Shown here: positions 33,748 through 43,602 of the stretch, in pieces
Numbering within the stretch: position 1 is the stretch's first letter
How the letters are laid out: each line of letters opens with the position of its first letter
From: an uncultured Alistipes sp.
GTDB taxonomy: Bacteria; Bacteroidota; Bacteroidia; Bacteroidales; Muribaculaceae
Reading direction: 5' to 3'
Assembly (NCBI GenBank): GCA_964638475.1
Contig: CAZXAZ010000001.1
Span: 110,640-174,639 of the forward strand
DNA length: 64,000 nucleotides
Position numbers and translations under genes: made by a program
Notes under the pieces: model-generated
Seen by the model: the letters and a program-made list of their open reading frames with translations, nothing else
Database searches by the model: none
What the model was told of the DNA's origin: nothing

Positions 33748-36700
33748 TTAATTGGAAATTGACTCAGGGATGAAGCGAAGAGTGTAGGTTAGTTTGTCGG
33801 CGCCTTGGTTATTTCCGGGATAGGGTGTTTCGTATTGCGGTAAGCAACAATCAGAGAAGCAGCTATTGTTTCCGATGCCTCGGTGCCAATAGTCGAAGTG
33901 GGCAAACAGAGTGTCATGTTTTGTGAGATCTGCCCAATGTAATTTAGTGAAATGTGTTGAATGATTCCATTCTAATTCATTGTAATGAGACAATGAGAAA
34001 GAAACCATCCCTTCTGTTTTGATTCTTAAATTTATACCGATTTGCTTGTTTTTGAGTAATAACTCACGAAGCTCTTGATGGTCACCATAGGTCTGAGGAT
34101 GAGTGTTTTCATCAACCATATCTCGAATCGTTGAGGTATATATGCCCAAGTAAGACCCCGTTTGGCGGTCTTTGTAATTGCTCCATGGGCCTTTGGCATA
34201 ATATTCAACTTCTTCAAATCCGGCTGAAAATTCAAAGCCCAAACCTAATCGACGTAGACCACGGCGTTGAGGCTCAAAAGAGACAATCATATCGACTATA
34301 CCGTTAGGATAGACTTTATATGTTACTTGATAATTGGTCTTACATCCGGTAGCTGCCATAGATAACTCGGCGACATTTCCCGACTTCGTCAGCGGAGAGA
34401 TTATTTCATGTCTTTCAATTCCGGTAGCAGCATAATCATAGCCTCCATGACCGTCGTTAGGGTCGCGTAAGGCTTGCTTACCTTCGTTGTCGTTGTCGAT
34501 ACGTCGGAAATCGTTGTATTCAGGAGACGAAGCAATTAATTCCTTGCCATTATATCGGTAGCTTTTAATTGCTCCATGTTCATTAAATTCGATTGTGAAA
34601 TTCTTGCCGGTAACAATATTTCCACTAACTTTAATTTTTCCCTTAATATCGATGATATCTAAAGGCTTACGATTGGTGAGTAAGAATTGTTCATCGGCCA
34701 GTCGATAGTCTTTGTCTGCCCAAAGTTGCGACTCCTTCAAACAAAGACCGACGATGAGAGAATATTCTTCGTCATCGTTAATCTTCGATTGAAAAGGAAT
34801 CTCAATCCGCTTGTGTTGTAACGCCTTGACATTAACATCGCATTTACCTTGTTCGATCAGTTCTCCGTTTTTCAGAATCTGATACTGTAGATAGAATAAA
34901 TCGTCGAGATTATTAAAAGGATATTTATTTTCGACAACAACACTGTTGCCGTCCCAATCTGAGAATGCAACATGTTGATAGACTTTCTTAACCTCAGTTA
35001 GTTTGGCTGTCCATTTACGGTCAGCAGTAATGATGCCATTGTTTAAGAAATTACCTTGAAACGCTTTATCGTTGTTGACGTGGGTTTTGAACCAAGGATC
35101 GTAATCATATCCGCCGGTTAATGCAAGGAAACCATCTACGTTAACAAGATTGCCATTGTTGATGTTCTCCGGATTAAAGATTGCTTGGTCGACCCAGTCC
35201 CAAATACATGCGCCGACAATGCCGCTACTTTTTTCGATGACTTGCCAATAATCAACCAAGTTTCCCACGGCTTGTCCCATAGCATGGGCATACTCACAGA
35301 TGAAGAATGGTTTGCCGTTGTGACCGCTTTGCTTGTTTTGAGCCGAACCGACACTTGTATACATCTCGGAATACATATCAGTTGCATCTTCTCCATGACA
35401 ATGAATCGGGCGCGGGTCTAATTTTCTGACAGCATCGTAACAATGATACATATTTTCGCCACTACCATTTTCGTTGCCTAACGACCAAAAGATTACGCTT
35501 GGATGATTGCGGTCGCGCATCACCATACGAATGTTACGATCTTCAAATGCCGAACGCCATGTAATATCTCTTGTCAAGCCGTTATTGCCGTGACATTCTA
35601 AATCAGCTTCATCGACAACATATAATCCGAAAGCGTCGAACATCGCATTCATTTTCTCATGGCGCGGATAGTGGCTTGTTCGAATAGTGTTGACATTTGC
35701 TTGTTTCATCAAAGTTATATCTCGCAACATTGTTTCATTATCCATATAGCGACCATATAACGGGTGTGAATCGTGAGCGTTTACTCCCTTAAAGAAAATA
35801 CGCTTGCCGTTTATAGTGAAGTAATGTTCTCCCTGTTCGTTATTTACTTCAGCTATTTTTCTAAAACCATATTTTGTTGCAAAGACCATCTCTTCTTTAT
35901 CGTTAGATAATTGTGATATAATCACATCGTAGAGATATGGATTCTCTGCATTCCATGGGGTTAGGTCAGAAAGTAGAGGAGAAGTAAGATTGACTGTCGT
36001 CTTTGAATCGGATAGTTCTATTTGTTTTTCTACGGATGTTACAACCTTGCCTGTTGCATCGACCAATTCCATTTTTATTAGCTTTGCGCATGATTCTTTA
36101 TCGCGATTGTCGAGTTCGAGCGCTACGTTAAGTATGCCGGAACAGCCGTCTTCACTTTGGTTTATTGTCGTGATATAGTGGTCACGGATATACGTCTTTG
36201 GGGTTGCATAGAGATATACGTCGCGATGGATGCCGCTAAGTCGCCACATATCTTGCCCTTCTAGGTATGAGCCGTCACACCACCGATAGACCCTCACAGA
36301 AAGTTGATTTTCGCCCTGCTTTACAAAATTAGTAAGGTCAAATTCGGCGACATTATTGGCTCCTTGTGAGTAACCGACAAATTTGCCGTTTAACCAAACC
36401 ACACAGCAACTATATACTCCATCAAAATGGATAAATACTCGTTTGTTTATCCAATCTGCCGGCAAATTAAAAGAACGGCGGTAAAAGCCGGTAGCGTTAT
36501 GATCGATGATGCCATGTTCTTCAAAACCGTGACGAGCAAATGGCGGTTCGTTTCGGAAAGGATAGCCGGTATTGTTATATGTCGGAAGATTATATTTCCC
36601 AGTCATTTCCCAGCTCATAGGCACACGAATATTGTCCCAATCGCTGTCATCAAGATTTGCGTCTTGATATTCGCTTGGAGCCGGACCGTCAGGTGTGCCC

Positions 36701-36984
36701 TTAACCCATTTAAATTTCCAAGTTCCATTTAAATCTAACCACATAGCATCGGTTGGAGATAGCCATGGCTCATGGAATCGAACGTCTTTTTTTAGAGAAG
36801 TTTTAGTCGCGTAGGGCATAAATGTTGCGTGCCCTTCTTCTTTGTTGACTGCAAAGATATTTTGATTAGAAATCCAATTGACATCAAATTCAGTTGCTCT
36901 ATTTTCAGATGTAACATCTTTATTCTTTGCGTTAAGATTGAGCGCAAAGAGTAGCGATATTACGATTAATAGATAATTCTTCAT
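33748..36984 (-). CDS. GH2 beta-galactosidase (LacZ-like)
   Basis: Signal peptide; EGQDMWRLSGIHRDV, IRTSHYP, WSLGNE, ICEYAHAMG. Confidence 0.92.
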   Translation of the reverse strand: MKNYLLIVISLLFALNLNAKNKDVTSENRATEFDVNWISNQNIFAVNKEEGHATFMPYATKTSLKKDVRFHEPWLSPTDAMWLDLNGTWKFKWVKGTPDGPAPSEYQDANLDDSDWDNIRVPMSWEMTGKYNLPTYNNTGYPFRNEPPFARHGFEEHGIIDHNATGFYRRSFNLPADWINKRVFIHFDGVYSCCVVWLNGKFVGYSQGANNVAEFDLTNFVKQGENQLSVRVYRWCDGSYLEGQDMWRLSGIHRDVYLYATPKTYIRDHYITTINQSEDGCSGILNVALELDNRDKESCAKLIKMELVDATGKVVTSVEKQIELSDSKTTVNLTSPLLSDLTPWNAENPYLYDVIISQLSNDKEEMVFATKYGFRKIAEVNNEQGEHYFTINGKRIFFKGVNAHDSHPLYGRYMDNETMLRDITLMKQANVNTIRTSHYPRHEKMNAMFDAFGLYVVDEADLECHGNNGLTRDITWRSAFEDRNIRMVMRDRNHPSVIFWSLGNENGSGENMYHCYDAVRKLDPRPIHCHGEDATDMYSEMYTSVGSAQNKQSGHNGKPFFICEYAHAMGQAVGNLVDYWQVIEKSSGIVGACIWDWVDQAIFNPENINNGNLVNVDGFLALTGGYDYDPWFKTHVNNDKAFQGNFLNNGIITADRKWTAKLTEVKKVYQHVAFSDWDGNSVVVENKYPFNNLDDLFYLQYQILKNGELIEQGKCDVNVKALQHKRIEIPFQSKINDDEEYSLIVGLCLKESQLWADKDYRLADEQFLLTNRKPLDIIDIKGKIKVSGNIVTGKNFTIEFNEHGAIKSYRYNGKELIASSPEYNDFRRIDNDNEGKQALRDPNDGHGGYDYAATGIERHEIISPLTKSGNVAELSMAATGCKTNYQVTYKVYPNGIVDMIVSFEPQRRGLRRLGLGFEFSAGFEEVEYYAKGPWSNYKDRQTGSYLGIYTSTIRDMVDENTHPQTYGDHQELRELLLKNKQIGINLRIKTEGMVSFSLSHYNELEWNHSTHFTKLHWADLTKHDTLFAHFDYWHRGIGNNSCFSDCCLPQYETPYPGNNQGADKLTYTLRFIPESISN

Positions 36985-37009
36985 GGTAGTTTATTTTGAA
37001 TTATATTGG

Positions 37010-38263
37010 TTATTTGATGGGTTCAAGAGCAGACATTGCCTCCATTAGCATACATCCGGTTACGTGAGGAGTCAATCCTACCGGCTGATTATCGGCAGGA
37101 GCTTCCCACCATTTGCCGCCATAAAGCATTGTGTTATGGTTGATACCATTCGTTAACATTACGGTTGCTAAATGAGTCAGATAATTGTGGAATTTAAGGC
37201 GGGTATATTTATCTAAACTATCGTCATTGATGAGTTTAACGAAATATCTGAAGAATATACCATGGAATAGCCCTCCGTCTCCGCTCGTCGCGTCAGACAA
37301 AACTCCACGATTGGTTGACATATGGTTGATTACATAGTTTGCTGTATGAATGGCGTCGTCTAAATAGCTCTTCTCTCCGGTGATTTTATAAAGCTCGTGT
37401 GCTGCCCCTAAAAATGTTCCTTGATTGTAGGTGAATATCCAATTACGATTAACACGACCATCTTTCGACATATTATCGGCTACAGCGCCGCTTGTTTCGT
37501 CATAAAGATTTGTTCTCATCCACTGATATATTCGCTTAGCCTCATTGAGATATTCTTTGCGGGCTTTTTCGCCATTGAGTCCGGATTTTTCGTAGAAGTT
37601 ATATATTCGCGCGGCGATAAGGGCGGCAGGCCCGTTTGAACAAGCGTTTTTCGATTTGTCGGTATCGGTTTTCCAAGTAATGCCCCCATACCAAGGCGCT
37701 TCGTCATCAGGGCCCCAAGTAGTCCAAATCCATTGGTCATACATCTGCACTGCCTTTTTGAAATATGACGCATCATTTGAGCTCTCATACATGCGTATTT
37801 GAGTCAAAACAATCCACTCCATATCGTCGACAAAAACATTCCACCAACGGTCTTCTGCTCTGCCGGAGAAATTAAACTTCGGAGCTCCTTCCCACCATAA
37901 TGGATACATATCTAAGTAGCGTTTGTCTTTAGTGCGCATATATGCGTCAATAATGACATCCATAGCGTGGGCTTGAGGCCAATAATGAGATGTTGTCATA
38001 TTAGACAAGTCACTGCCGTAGTTGAAATAATATCGATCTTCGTAGCCGGGGAAACTTGCGCCCCAAAATCGTTCGATGAGCGAATTTACCATTCCGTCTG
38101 CAATTCGACTCCAATAGTTGACATCTTTTACCGAGCTATCAGTTGACAAGCACTGAATAGTCTCACTGCCTGTTGTAGATTTATCCTCAACTTGATGAAT
38201 GGGTTGTGAATTTACAGATATTCCAATAGCAATCAACCCTAAACAAACTATTTTTCTAATCAT
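37010..38263 (-). CDS. GH76 family glycoside hydrolase (alpha-1,6-mannanase-like)
   Basis: Signal peptide; YWPQAH, FVDDMEW catalytic pair, KNACSNGP, FTYNQG, GDGGLFHGIF. Confidence 0.88.
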   Translation of the reverse strand: MIRKIVCLGLIAIGISVNSQPIHQVEDKSTTGSETIQCLSTDSSVKDVNYWSRIADGMVNSLIERFWGASFPGYEDRYYFNYGSDLSNMTTSHYWPQAHAMDVIIDAYMRTKDKRYLDMYPLWWEGAPKFNFSGRAEDRWWNVFVDDMEWIVLTQIRMYESSNDASYFKKAVQMYDQWIWTTWGPDDEAPWYGGITWKTDTDKSKNACSNGPAALIAARIYNFYEKSGLNGEKARKEYLNEAKRIYQWMRTNLYDETSGAVADNMSKDGRVNRNWIFTYNQGTFLGAAHELYKITGEKSYLDDAIHTANYVINHMSTNRGVLSDATSGDGGLFHGIFFRYFVKLINDDSLDKYTRLKFHNYLTHLATVMLTNGINHNTMLYGGKWWEAPADNQPVGLTPHVTGCMLMEAMSALEPIK

Positions 38264-38312
38264 ATTATTGATGTCATTATAACAGAAATGGGGTAACGAT
38301 TTTATTCTTATA

Positions 38313-38320
38313 CAAAGTTA
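38313..38320 (-). promoter_or_regulatory. -7 promoter element (TAACTTTG) for GH76-GH2
   Basis: Consensus element 50 nt upstream of the GH76 start and downstream of a terminator. Confidence 0.65.
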
Positions 38321-38397
38321 TATTTTTTTCTAAAACATAAGAATTATCTGATTACAAGCGATTATTCAATTGATATTACGATTAGGTCAAAAAGATA

Positions 38398-38426
38398 GCC
38401 CGAACTTCGATCAACGAAGTTCGGGC
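38398..38426 (-). terminator. Terminator ending the TonB-receptor/ABC operon
   Basis: Perfect 12-bp stem GCCCGAACTTCG/CGAAGTTCGGGC followed by a U-rich tract on the minus strand. Confidence 0.85.
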
Positions 38427-38449
38427 ATAGGTGTATTGTTGGAGTTGGA

Positions 38450-39061
38450 TTATTGGGGGAGAATTTCGTAGGCGGTTGCTTGGATGTAGTAAGTTGAGAG
38501 GTAAGGCTTGCCTTCGAGGCTGTCGCGTTGAGCGATGCGTGAGCGATAGTCTGCCATTTGTGCTGCGAAGGTCTCAACATCAGCTTGTCCGGCAGCTTTG
38601 CGCTCTGTTTCGCAACCGGTGGGAGCGTTTTTGTAGTTTTCAGCTTCCTCTTGACCCTGTTGTTCGGCGATGCGTTCGATTTGTCCCTGACGGTTTTGTT
38701 CTAGCTCGCGGATAGCTTGTTCGTCAAGACGACTTTCCATAACAACACCGGTTACGCGAAGAGGCTGATGGATTGTTTCTTGAGGGAAAACGTTACCCAT
38801 TTCAGCAGTTGCATCACAGCGAATCATAGCGTTGTCGTCAGAGCCGAGAAGAAACGCTTTACGACCACCATGTTTGCATAGGTGAGAAACTACACCTTCG
38901 ATTGTCACAGTCTGACCGACGAATGCTTCAGGATTAGCGAGGATTGTGTCAACAGTGATGGCTTCAGCCTCGGCGGCTTCGTTTGCTGATTTGCTTGAAC
39001 AGCCGGTAGCAACGAATGCTATAATGGCTGTAATAGCCCAAAGAATAATGTTCTTGTTCAT
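38450..39061 (-). CDS. Lipoprotein with OB-fold-like N-domain and His/Cys motifs
   Basis: Lipobox VATGC; TVDTILANP..VGQTVTIEGVV pattern; SHLCKHG, IRCDA, GCETE. Confidence 0.75.
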   Translation of the reverse strand: MNKNIILWAITAIIAFVATGCSSKSANEAAEAEAITVDTILANPEAFVGQTVTIEGVVSHLCKHGGRKAFLLGSDDNAMIRCDATAEMGNVFPQETIHQPLRVTGVVMESRLDEQAIRELEQNRQGQIERIAEQQGQEEAENYKNAPTGCETERKAAGQADVETFAAQMADYRSRIAQRDSLEGKPYLSTYYIQATAYEILPQ

Positions 39062-39101
39062 TGTAGTATTATTTTTTTGTTATTATGTTTAGTGAGTTGA
39101 T

Positions 39102-40355
39102 TTAGTCGTTGAGTAAGAGGAAGGGAATAAATGAGAACACACCGAAAGACAGTGTAATAGCAGCGCCCAATTTCATAGTCGAATCTTTACGTCGAATGCC
39201 GATGATAAGCAGTGAAAGCGAGAGCAAAATGTTGAGCGGTAATGCATAAAATGACATATATATAACGCGTGGATAAGCGAGAGAGTCGTAGATAGAGGTG
39301 AACGTAAGGGCATAGGGAAATATATAGTTAGCCACCTCTGCTGCTGTTGATTTCTCGCGTATGAAGTCGAGAGAGCCGATAAGCTCAAGACTATCAGCGT
39401 CAAACGAGCGCCAACGAGTGCCTTCCGGCCCGGTAAATCTAAATGTCAAGTTAAATAGATTTCCCATCGCCATAATTGATTCTTTATAGGGATTTATACA
39501 GCCTGCTCCAACTGGAAGTTGTCGAGCGATATGCCCTTCTGTTTCGATGATATAAGGATGTCCGTCACTATCGATTACTAATCCGAGCAGAGCCCTGTTA
39601 GAGCCTTCCCAAATATATGATTTTTCAGCTTTAACACCGTCGGGTAGGGGAATTGCTACGACATATGGGCGTCCGCCTCGTTGTTTGACATGGAATAGTT
39701 TCCCTTTGGAATCAATCATTAAGTAACCTTCGTCATATTGCTTTTGGGCAGTAACGTTAGCCGAAAGGTCGGTAGCTGGGAAACAGAACCCACGAGATTT
39801 CATCGCGTCGGTAAACCTCCGAGAGCGCGTAGCGTTTACGCTGTTGTCGGCAATCTTTACGAATTCGATACCCTCGTTAGAGATACGGAAAGCTTCATCC
39901 GGGTCAGATAGGTCGACACGTACCGGCATAGATTCCATCATCATCCACATTCCGCTGTTTCGCTTGTTTGTTTCGCGAGGCGAGCAGTTAAAAAATAGTT
40001 CGTGAGTGCGGAGAGTATGAACCGTCGTCTCTTTTCCTAAGATAGAATCGGGAAGTTTGTCGTGAGCTGCAAGCTGACGATAGTATAGTTGAGGGGCGAG
40101 CGAGTCGCGCATTGCGATAGTAATTGTTTCACCGTTTAAAGCTTCTTCGGTGGAAGCGAAAGGTTGACAGATTGTGATATGAGTTTTCTCGCCGGGTTTT
40201 GAGCGGCTAACAATCCACTGACCGTTAAGAGGGGAGAGTGAGCAGAACGGGTCATTGCCTGCCGAAGGGGTCAACAAAGCATAGAGCCAGGGGAGAAACC
40301 AGCTCAAAACCGCGATAGCAACGGCGAATAATATGATTTTTGAAAACTTTGACAT
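39102..40355 (-). CDS. DUF4857-like inner-membrane protein
   Basis: N-terminal TM, about 330-aa soluble domain, two C-terminal TMs; start set at MSKFSK (40355; ORF track 40391). Confidence 0.72.
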   Translation of the reverse strand: MSKFSKIILFAVAIAVLSWFLPWLYALLTPSAGNDPFCSLSPLNGQWIVSRSKPGEKTHITICQPFASTEEALNGETITIAMRDSLAPQLYYRQLAAHDKLPDSILGKETTVHTLRTHELFFNCSPRETNKRNSGMWMMMESMPVRVDLSDPDEAFRISNEGIEFVKIADNSVNATRSRRFTDAMKSRGFCFPATDLSANVTAQKQYDEGYLMIDSKGKLFHVKQRGGRPYVVAIPLPDGVKAEKSYIWEGSNRALLGLVIDSDGHPYIIETEGHIARQLPVGAGCINPYKESIMAMGNLFNLTFRFTGPEGTRWRSFDADSLELIGSLDFIREKSTAAEVANYIFPYALTFTSIYDSLAYPRVIYMSFYALPLNILLSLSLLIIGIRRKDSTMKLGAAITLSFGVFSFIPFLLLND

Positions 40356-40383
40356 AATGAGATTGTTGCAAAGATTGAGAATA

Positions 40384-41055
40384 TTAATCAATTTGTCCCT
40401 GCCTAAAGCGGATGATCGACTGGTAGCTTAAAGTTGCGAGTAACAATGTTGCGATTATGGCAAACGGCAAATAGCCATTATATGCTCCCGGAACAGGTTG
40501 CAGGTAATAAAGTGTCGCAAAGCCGACTCCGATTAATGCGAGCAAAATTCGACGTTTCCATCGCCCTTCAAGACAAACGGCTGTAGCGAAGAAGTAAGCC
40601 GTATATCCGGCGATATACCAAGTCAACGAAGTCATTAGCACATGCCACGTCATTTCAGCCACAATTATCCCACTGTAGAAAATCCAAATTGAGACGAATT
40701 GAATTAGAAAAATCAACGTTAGTTCGGTGAACCCAGTTGCGAGCATCGTCATCAAGAGTTTCAACGATGAGCACGGAAGATGTAGCGTAAGTTTCAAACG
40801 ATTTTGTTGCATTTCGGGCATCATTTGCGACAAACCGATGAGTAGCCCGCAAAGCAACGGTATATATTTGATTGAATCGATAAAAGTCTGGTCTTTCATT
40901 AACATAATCAACCAGATATGTTCAACTCCGTGAGTTGTAATCACTCTATTGATTCCCAACATTGCATATACTGTGAAGAATAGCGCTAGGAGAAAGCAGA
41001 CCCAGAAAGCCCTGCGAGTTTTGAGTAATTCCTTTATGATTATAGCTTTTGTCAT
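40384..41055 (-). CDS. ABC-2-like permease (about 6 TM)
   Basis: KAIIIKELLKTR start, PEMQQNRLKLTLHLP coupling-helix-like motif; follows an ABC ATPase. Confidence 0.75.
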   Translation of the reverse strand: MTKAIIIKELLKTRRAFWVCFLLALFFTVYAMLGINRVITTHGVEHIWLIMLMKDQTFIDSIKYIPLLCGLLIGLSQMMPEMQQNRLKLTLHLPCSSLKLLMTMLATGFTELTLIFLIQFVSIWIFYSGIIVAEMTWHVLMTSLTWYIAGYTAYFFATAVCLEGRWKRRILLALIGVGFATLYYLQPVPGAYNGYLPFAIIATLLLATLSYQSIIRFRQGQID

Positions 41056-41081
41056 AGCGTAAGATGATTTTGTTAGAGCGA

Positions 41082-41978
41082 TTAGTAACGTCCGGTCAGT
41101 CCGATAAATGCATCCTCGAGAGAGTCAACGGCAAACGCCTCCAGAGAAGAAGCCTTAATCCCGGCATTCGAGAGTGTTGTTGCAACATGTTCGGGGGTGA
41201 AGAATGAGTAGAATTCAAACTTGTCGTTACTTTGCCATGGGCTGTAAATGCCTTCAATATCTGTTGGTATCATTCTCTGATCGTCGCAACAACGATATTC
41301 ATATCGTTTAAGATTGCTCATCAACTGTTTGACCGGTTGTTGTGTAAGAATCTTGCCGTAATCGAGAATGATGCAATCGTCAACCAGTCTTTCGAGATCT
41401 TGAATAATATGAGATGTCATAAAGACCGTTTTACCTTCAGATTTTACGAAATCGCGGAGATAGTCGACGAATAGTCTACGATATCCGGGGTCGAGACCCA
41501 AAGAGAAATCGTCAAGCACGAGCAAATCGGCGTTTTGTGCTAAAATCAAGCCTAACGCAACTTGTGATCGTTGGCCGTTAGACATTGATGATATCTTTTG
41601 TCCGGGTGAGACATGTAGCTTTTCCATCAAGCCGTAGTAGGCATCGCGATTCCATTTCGGATAGAATTGAGAATAAAATTTCTCAATCTGTGAGATAGTC
41701 ATAAAAGTGTATTGCACATGACCTTCAAGAAGCAACGCAATGCGGCGACGTGTTCTCGGCTTGAGTTTGGTTATATCCTCATCAAAAATGCGACATTCTC
41801 CGCCCTGAGGCTTAAGGAAGCCCATCAGAATGTTAATTGTTGTTGTCTTGCCGGTTCCGTTTTTGCCCAAAAGTCCGAGGATGCTTCCTTGGGGAACATC
41901 AAAACTCAGATTTTCGTAGATGAGTCTGCCACGCCCATAGCGTTGGGTCAGATTCTTTACAGATATTACGCTTTCCAT
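41082..41978 (-). CDS. ABC transporter ATP-binding protein (exporter-type, non-canonical Walker B)
   Basis: GKNGTGKTT, MSNGQ signature, LLVLDDFSLGLD, SHIIQD. Confidence 0.93.
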   Translation of the reverse strand: MESVISVKNLTQRYGRGRLIYENLSFDVPQGSILGLLGKNGTGKTTTINILMGFLKPQGGECRIFDEDITKLKPRTRRRIALLLEGHVQYTFMTISQIEKFYSQFYPKWNRDAYYGLMEKLHVSPGQKISSMSNGQRSQVALGLILAQNADLLVLDDFSLGLDPGYRRLFVDYLRDFVKSEGKTVFMTSHIIQDLERLVDDCIILDYGKILTQQPVKQLMSNLKRYEYRCCDDQRMIPTDIEGIYSPWQSNDKFEFYSFFTPEHVATTLSNAGIKASSLEAFAVDSLEDAFIGLTGRY

Positions 41979-42009
41979 TAGCGATATTGTGGTAATTTAC
42001 GTGTTACAA

Positions 42010-43602
42010 TTAAATGTTGATACCAAACGAAAGTGAAGCATAATTAGCCGAGCCACATTTTTGCGAAAAATCGAGGCGTTGCCAGCTTCCTTTTATATAG
42101 AGAGAAGCAGAGTCAATAATGGGGAACTCTACTTTTGCCATTATCCTATATGTTGTAATGTTAGAAGTCATTACCGAACCATTGCGTTCAACCGCTTGAC
42201 CGATTGCTTCAGACAAATCTAGGCCATTTAGAGAGACTGTTTCGGGAGAGGTAAAACGGTGAGAGATATTGCAATTTATGGTCAAGAGAGCCCCTTTCGA
42301 GAAACGTCTTATCCAATCAATGCCGATCGAAGGCGTAAAATTGAGGGTAGATATTTTGCGGAAAGGTTCATTAATCTTTTCCGTTACAGAAAGATATTTG
42401 CCCCCGACAGCGAGACTCAGCCTATTTAAATGATCGATGCGCCATTCTATTGGTATGGTTAACTGAATATCGTAGATTGTTTTACGATAATTCTCGCGTT
42501 CTCCGATTTTAGGATAATTATTACCGGTAGACGAACCAAGCAGATTCTCTGTGCCGACTTTTTGGTTGTATTTGCCACATAATATAAATCCGTAGCTTAT
42601 ATTTGTCTCACTTTCCCTACCCAAAATCATGGCATATTCGCCACTAAAAGAAGTTGTTGAAGTATTGGTTAATTCGAGATTGTTGAAATCGCGCATATAT
42701 TGGCGCAATTTTATGTTTGAAAACTCAATCAATGAGCTAATCGGTGTTGTCGTTCTTGATTGAGGAAATAGAGAAGCCGAGATATTGAATCCCACTCCGG
42801 AATACGCCGTATTGCGTCCGCTGTTGCCGGAAAATCGAGGATAAAATGAGCCGAGTCCGGTCATGGCGTATGTCGGTATGTCATTCATTGGATTGTAGAA
42901 TTCGATGGCGGCAGTTTGATTGTAGACTCTTACATCGCCGGTTAGTCCAACTGCAAGACTCGAACGTGTCGGACGGAAACTACCTCCCAGCGCGATGTTA
43001 AGGTCTGATACAATTATTTTATCGCGAGGGTCGCGACCGCGATAATCTATTGATGCTCGATAAGAAGCCTCAACACCCCAACTCCAATGAGTCGATTCTC
43101 CCGCATAACCGCCACCAAAGTCATAGCTGCGTCGCGTTAAATCACCGCCAACGGGGTCTCCGATAACGTAAGGACCGACAAGATCGTAATCAGCAGAGTT
43201 GTTCCAAACAACATCTTTAATTGTTCCGGCATGAAATTGTGCATGCCCCCATACGGTTGTTGAGTTACCGATGTGACGATAAGATGAAGCATTAACACTG
43301 CCGACGAGTTCGCCCTTGCCAATTTCTGCCGGAAGAGTTTGCTCCGTTTCCGACAGAGAGCCTTGTAAGTAGAGTGAAGTAAAAGAGAATGGTAGGAATT
43401 CAGTCATAGCGGCAGGGCTTTTGGCTGACGCTAAGCGGCGAAATTGATAGTCGAGAGATTCCGTCGCCCACGATTTATCGATTGCCGTAGTCTGAGTCGT
43501 TTCGACAATAGTATCAGTCACACCGATGCCGGTAGCCCCGTTGACTGAGGCGACCGACATAAGTGTGGCTATTAAAGTGTATGTTGAGTTGTTGATAGAC
43601 AT
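42010..43602 (-). CDS. DUF6850-like outer-membrane beta-barrel protein
   Basis: Signal peptide, alternating beta-strand pattern, C-terminal SLSFGINI; start codon overlaps upstream stop by 1 nt. Confidence 0.75.
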   Translation of the reverse strand: MSINNSTYTLIATLMSVASVNGATGIGVTDTIVETTQTTAIDKSWATESLDYQFRRLASAKSPAAMTEFLPFSFTSLYLQGSLSETEQTLPAEIGKGELVGSVNASSYRHIGNSTTVWGHAQFHAGTIKDVVWNNSADYDLVGPYVIGDPVGGDLTRRSYDFGGGYAGESTHWSWGVEASYRASIDYRGRDPRDKIIVSDLNIALGGSFRPTRSSLAVGLTGDVRVYNQTAAIEFYNPMNDIPTYAMTGLGSFYPRFSGNSGRNTAYSGVGFNISASLFPQSRTTTPISSLIEFSNIKLRQYMRDFNNLELTNTSTTSFSGEYAMILGRESETNISYGFILCGKYNQKVGTENLLGSSTGNNYPKIGERENYRKTIYDIQLTIPIEWRIDHLNRLSLAVGGKYLSVTEKINEPFRKISTLNFTPSIGIDWIRRFSKGALLTINCNISHRFTSPETVSLNGLDLSEAIGQAVERNGSVMTSNITTYRIMAKVEFPIIDSASLYIKGSWQRLDFSQKCGSANYASLSFGINI

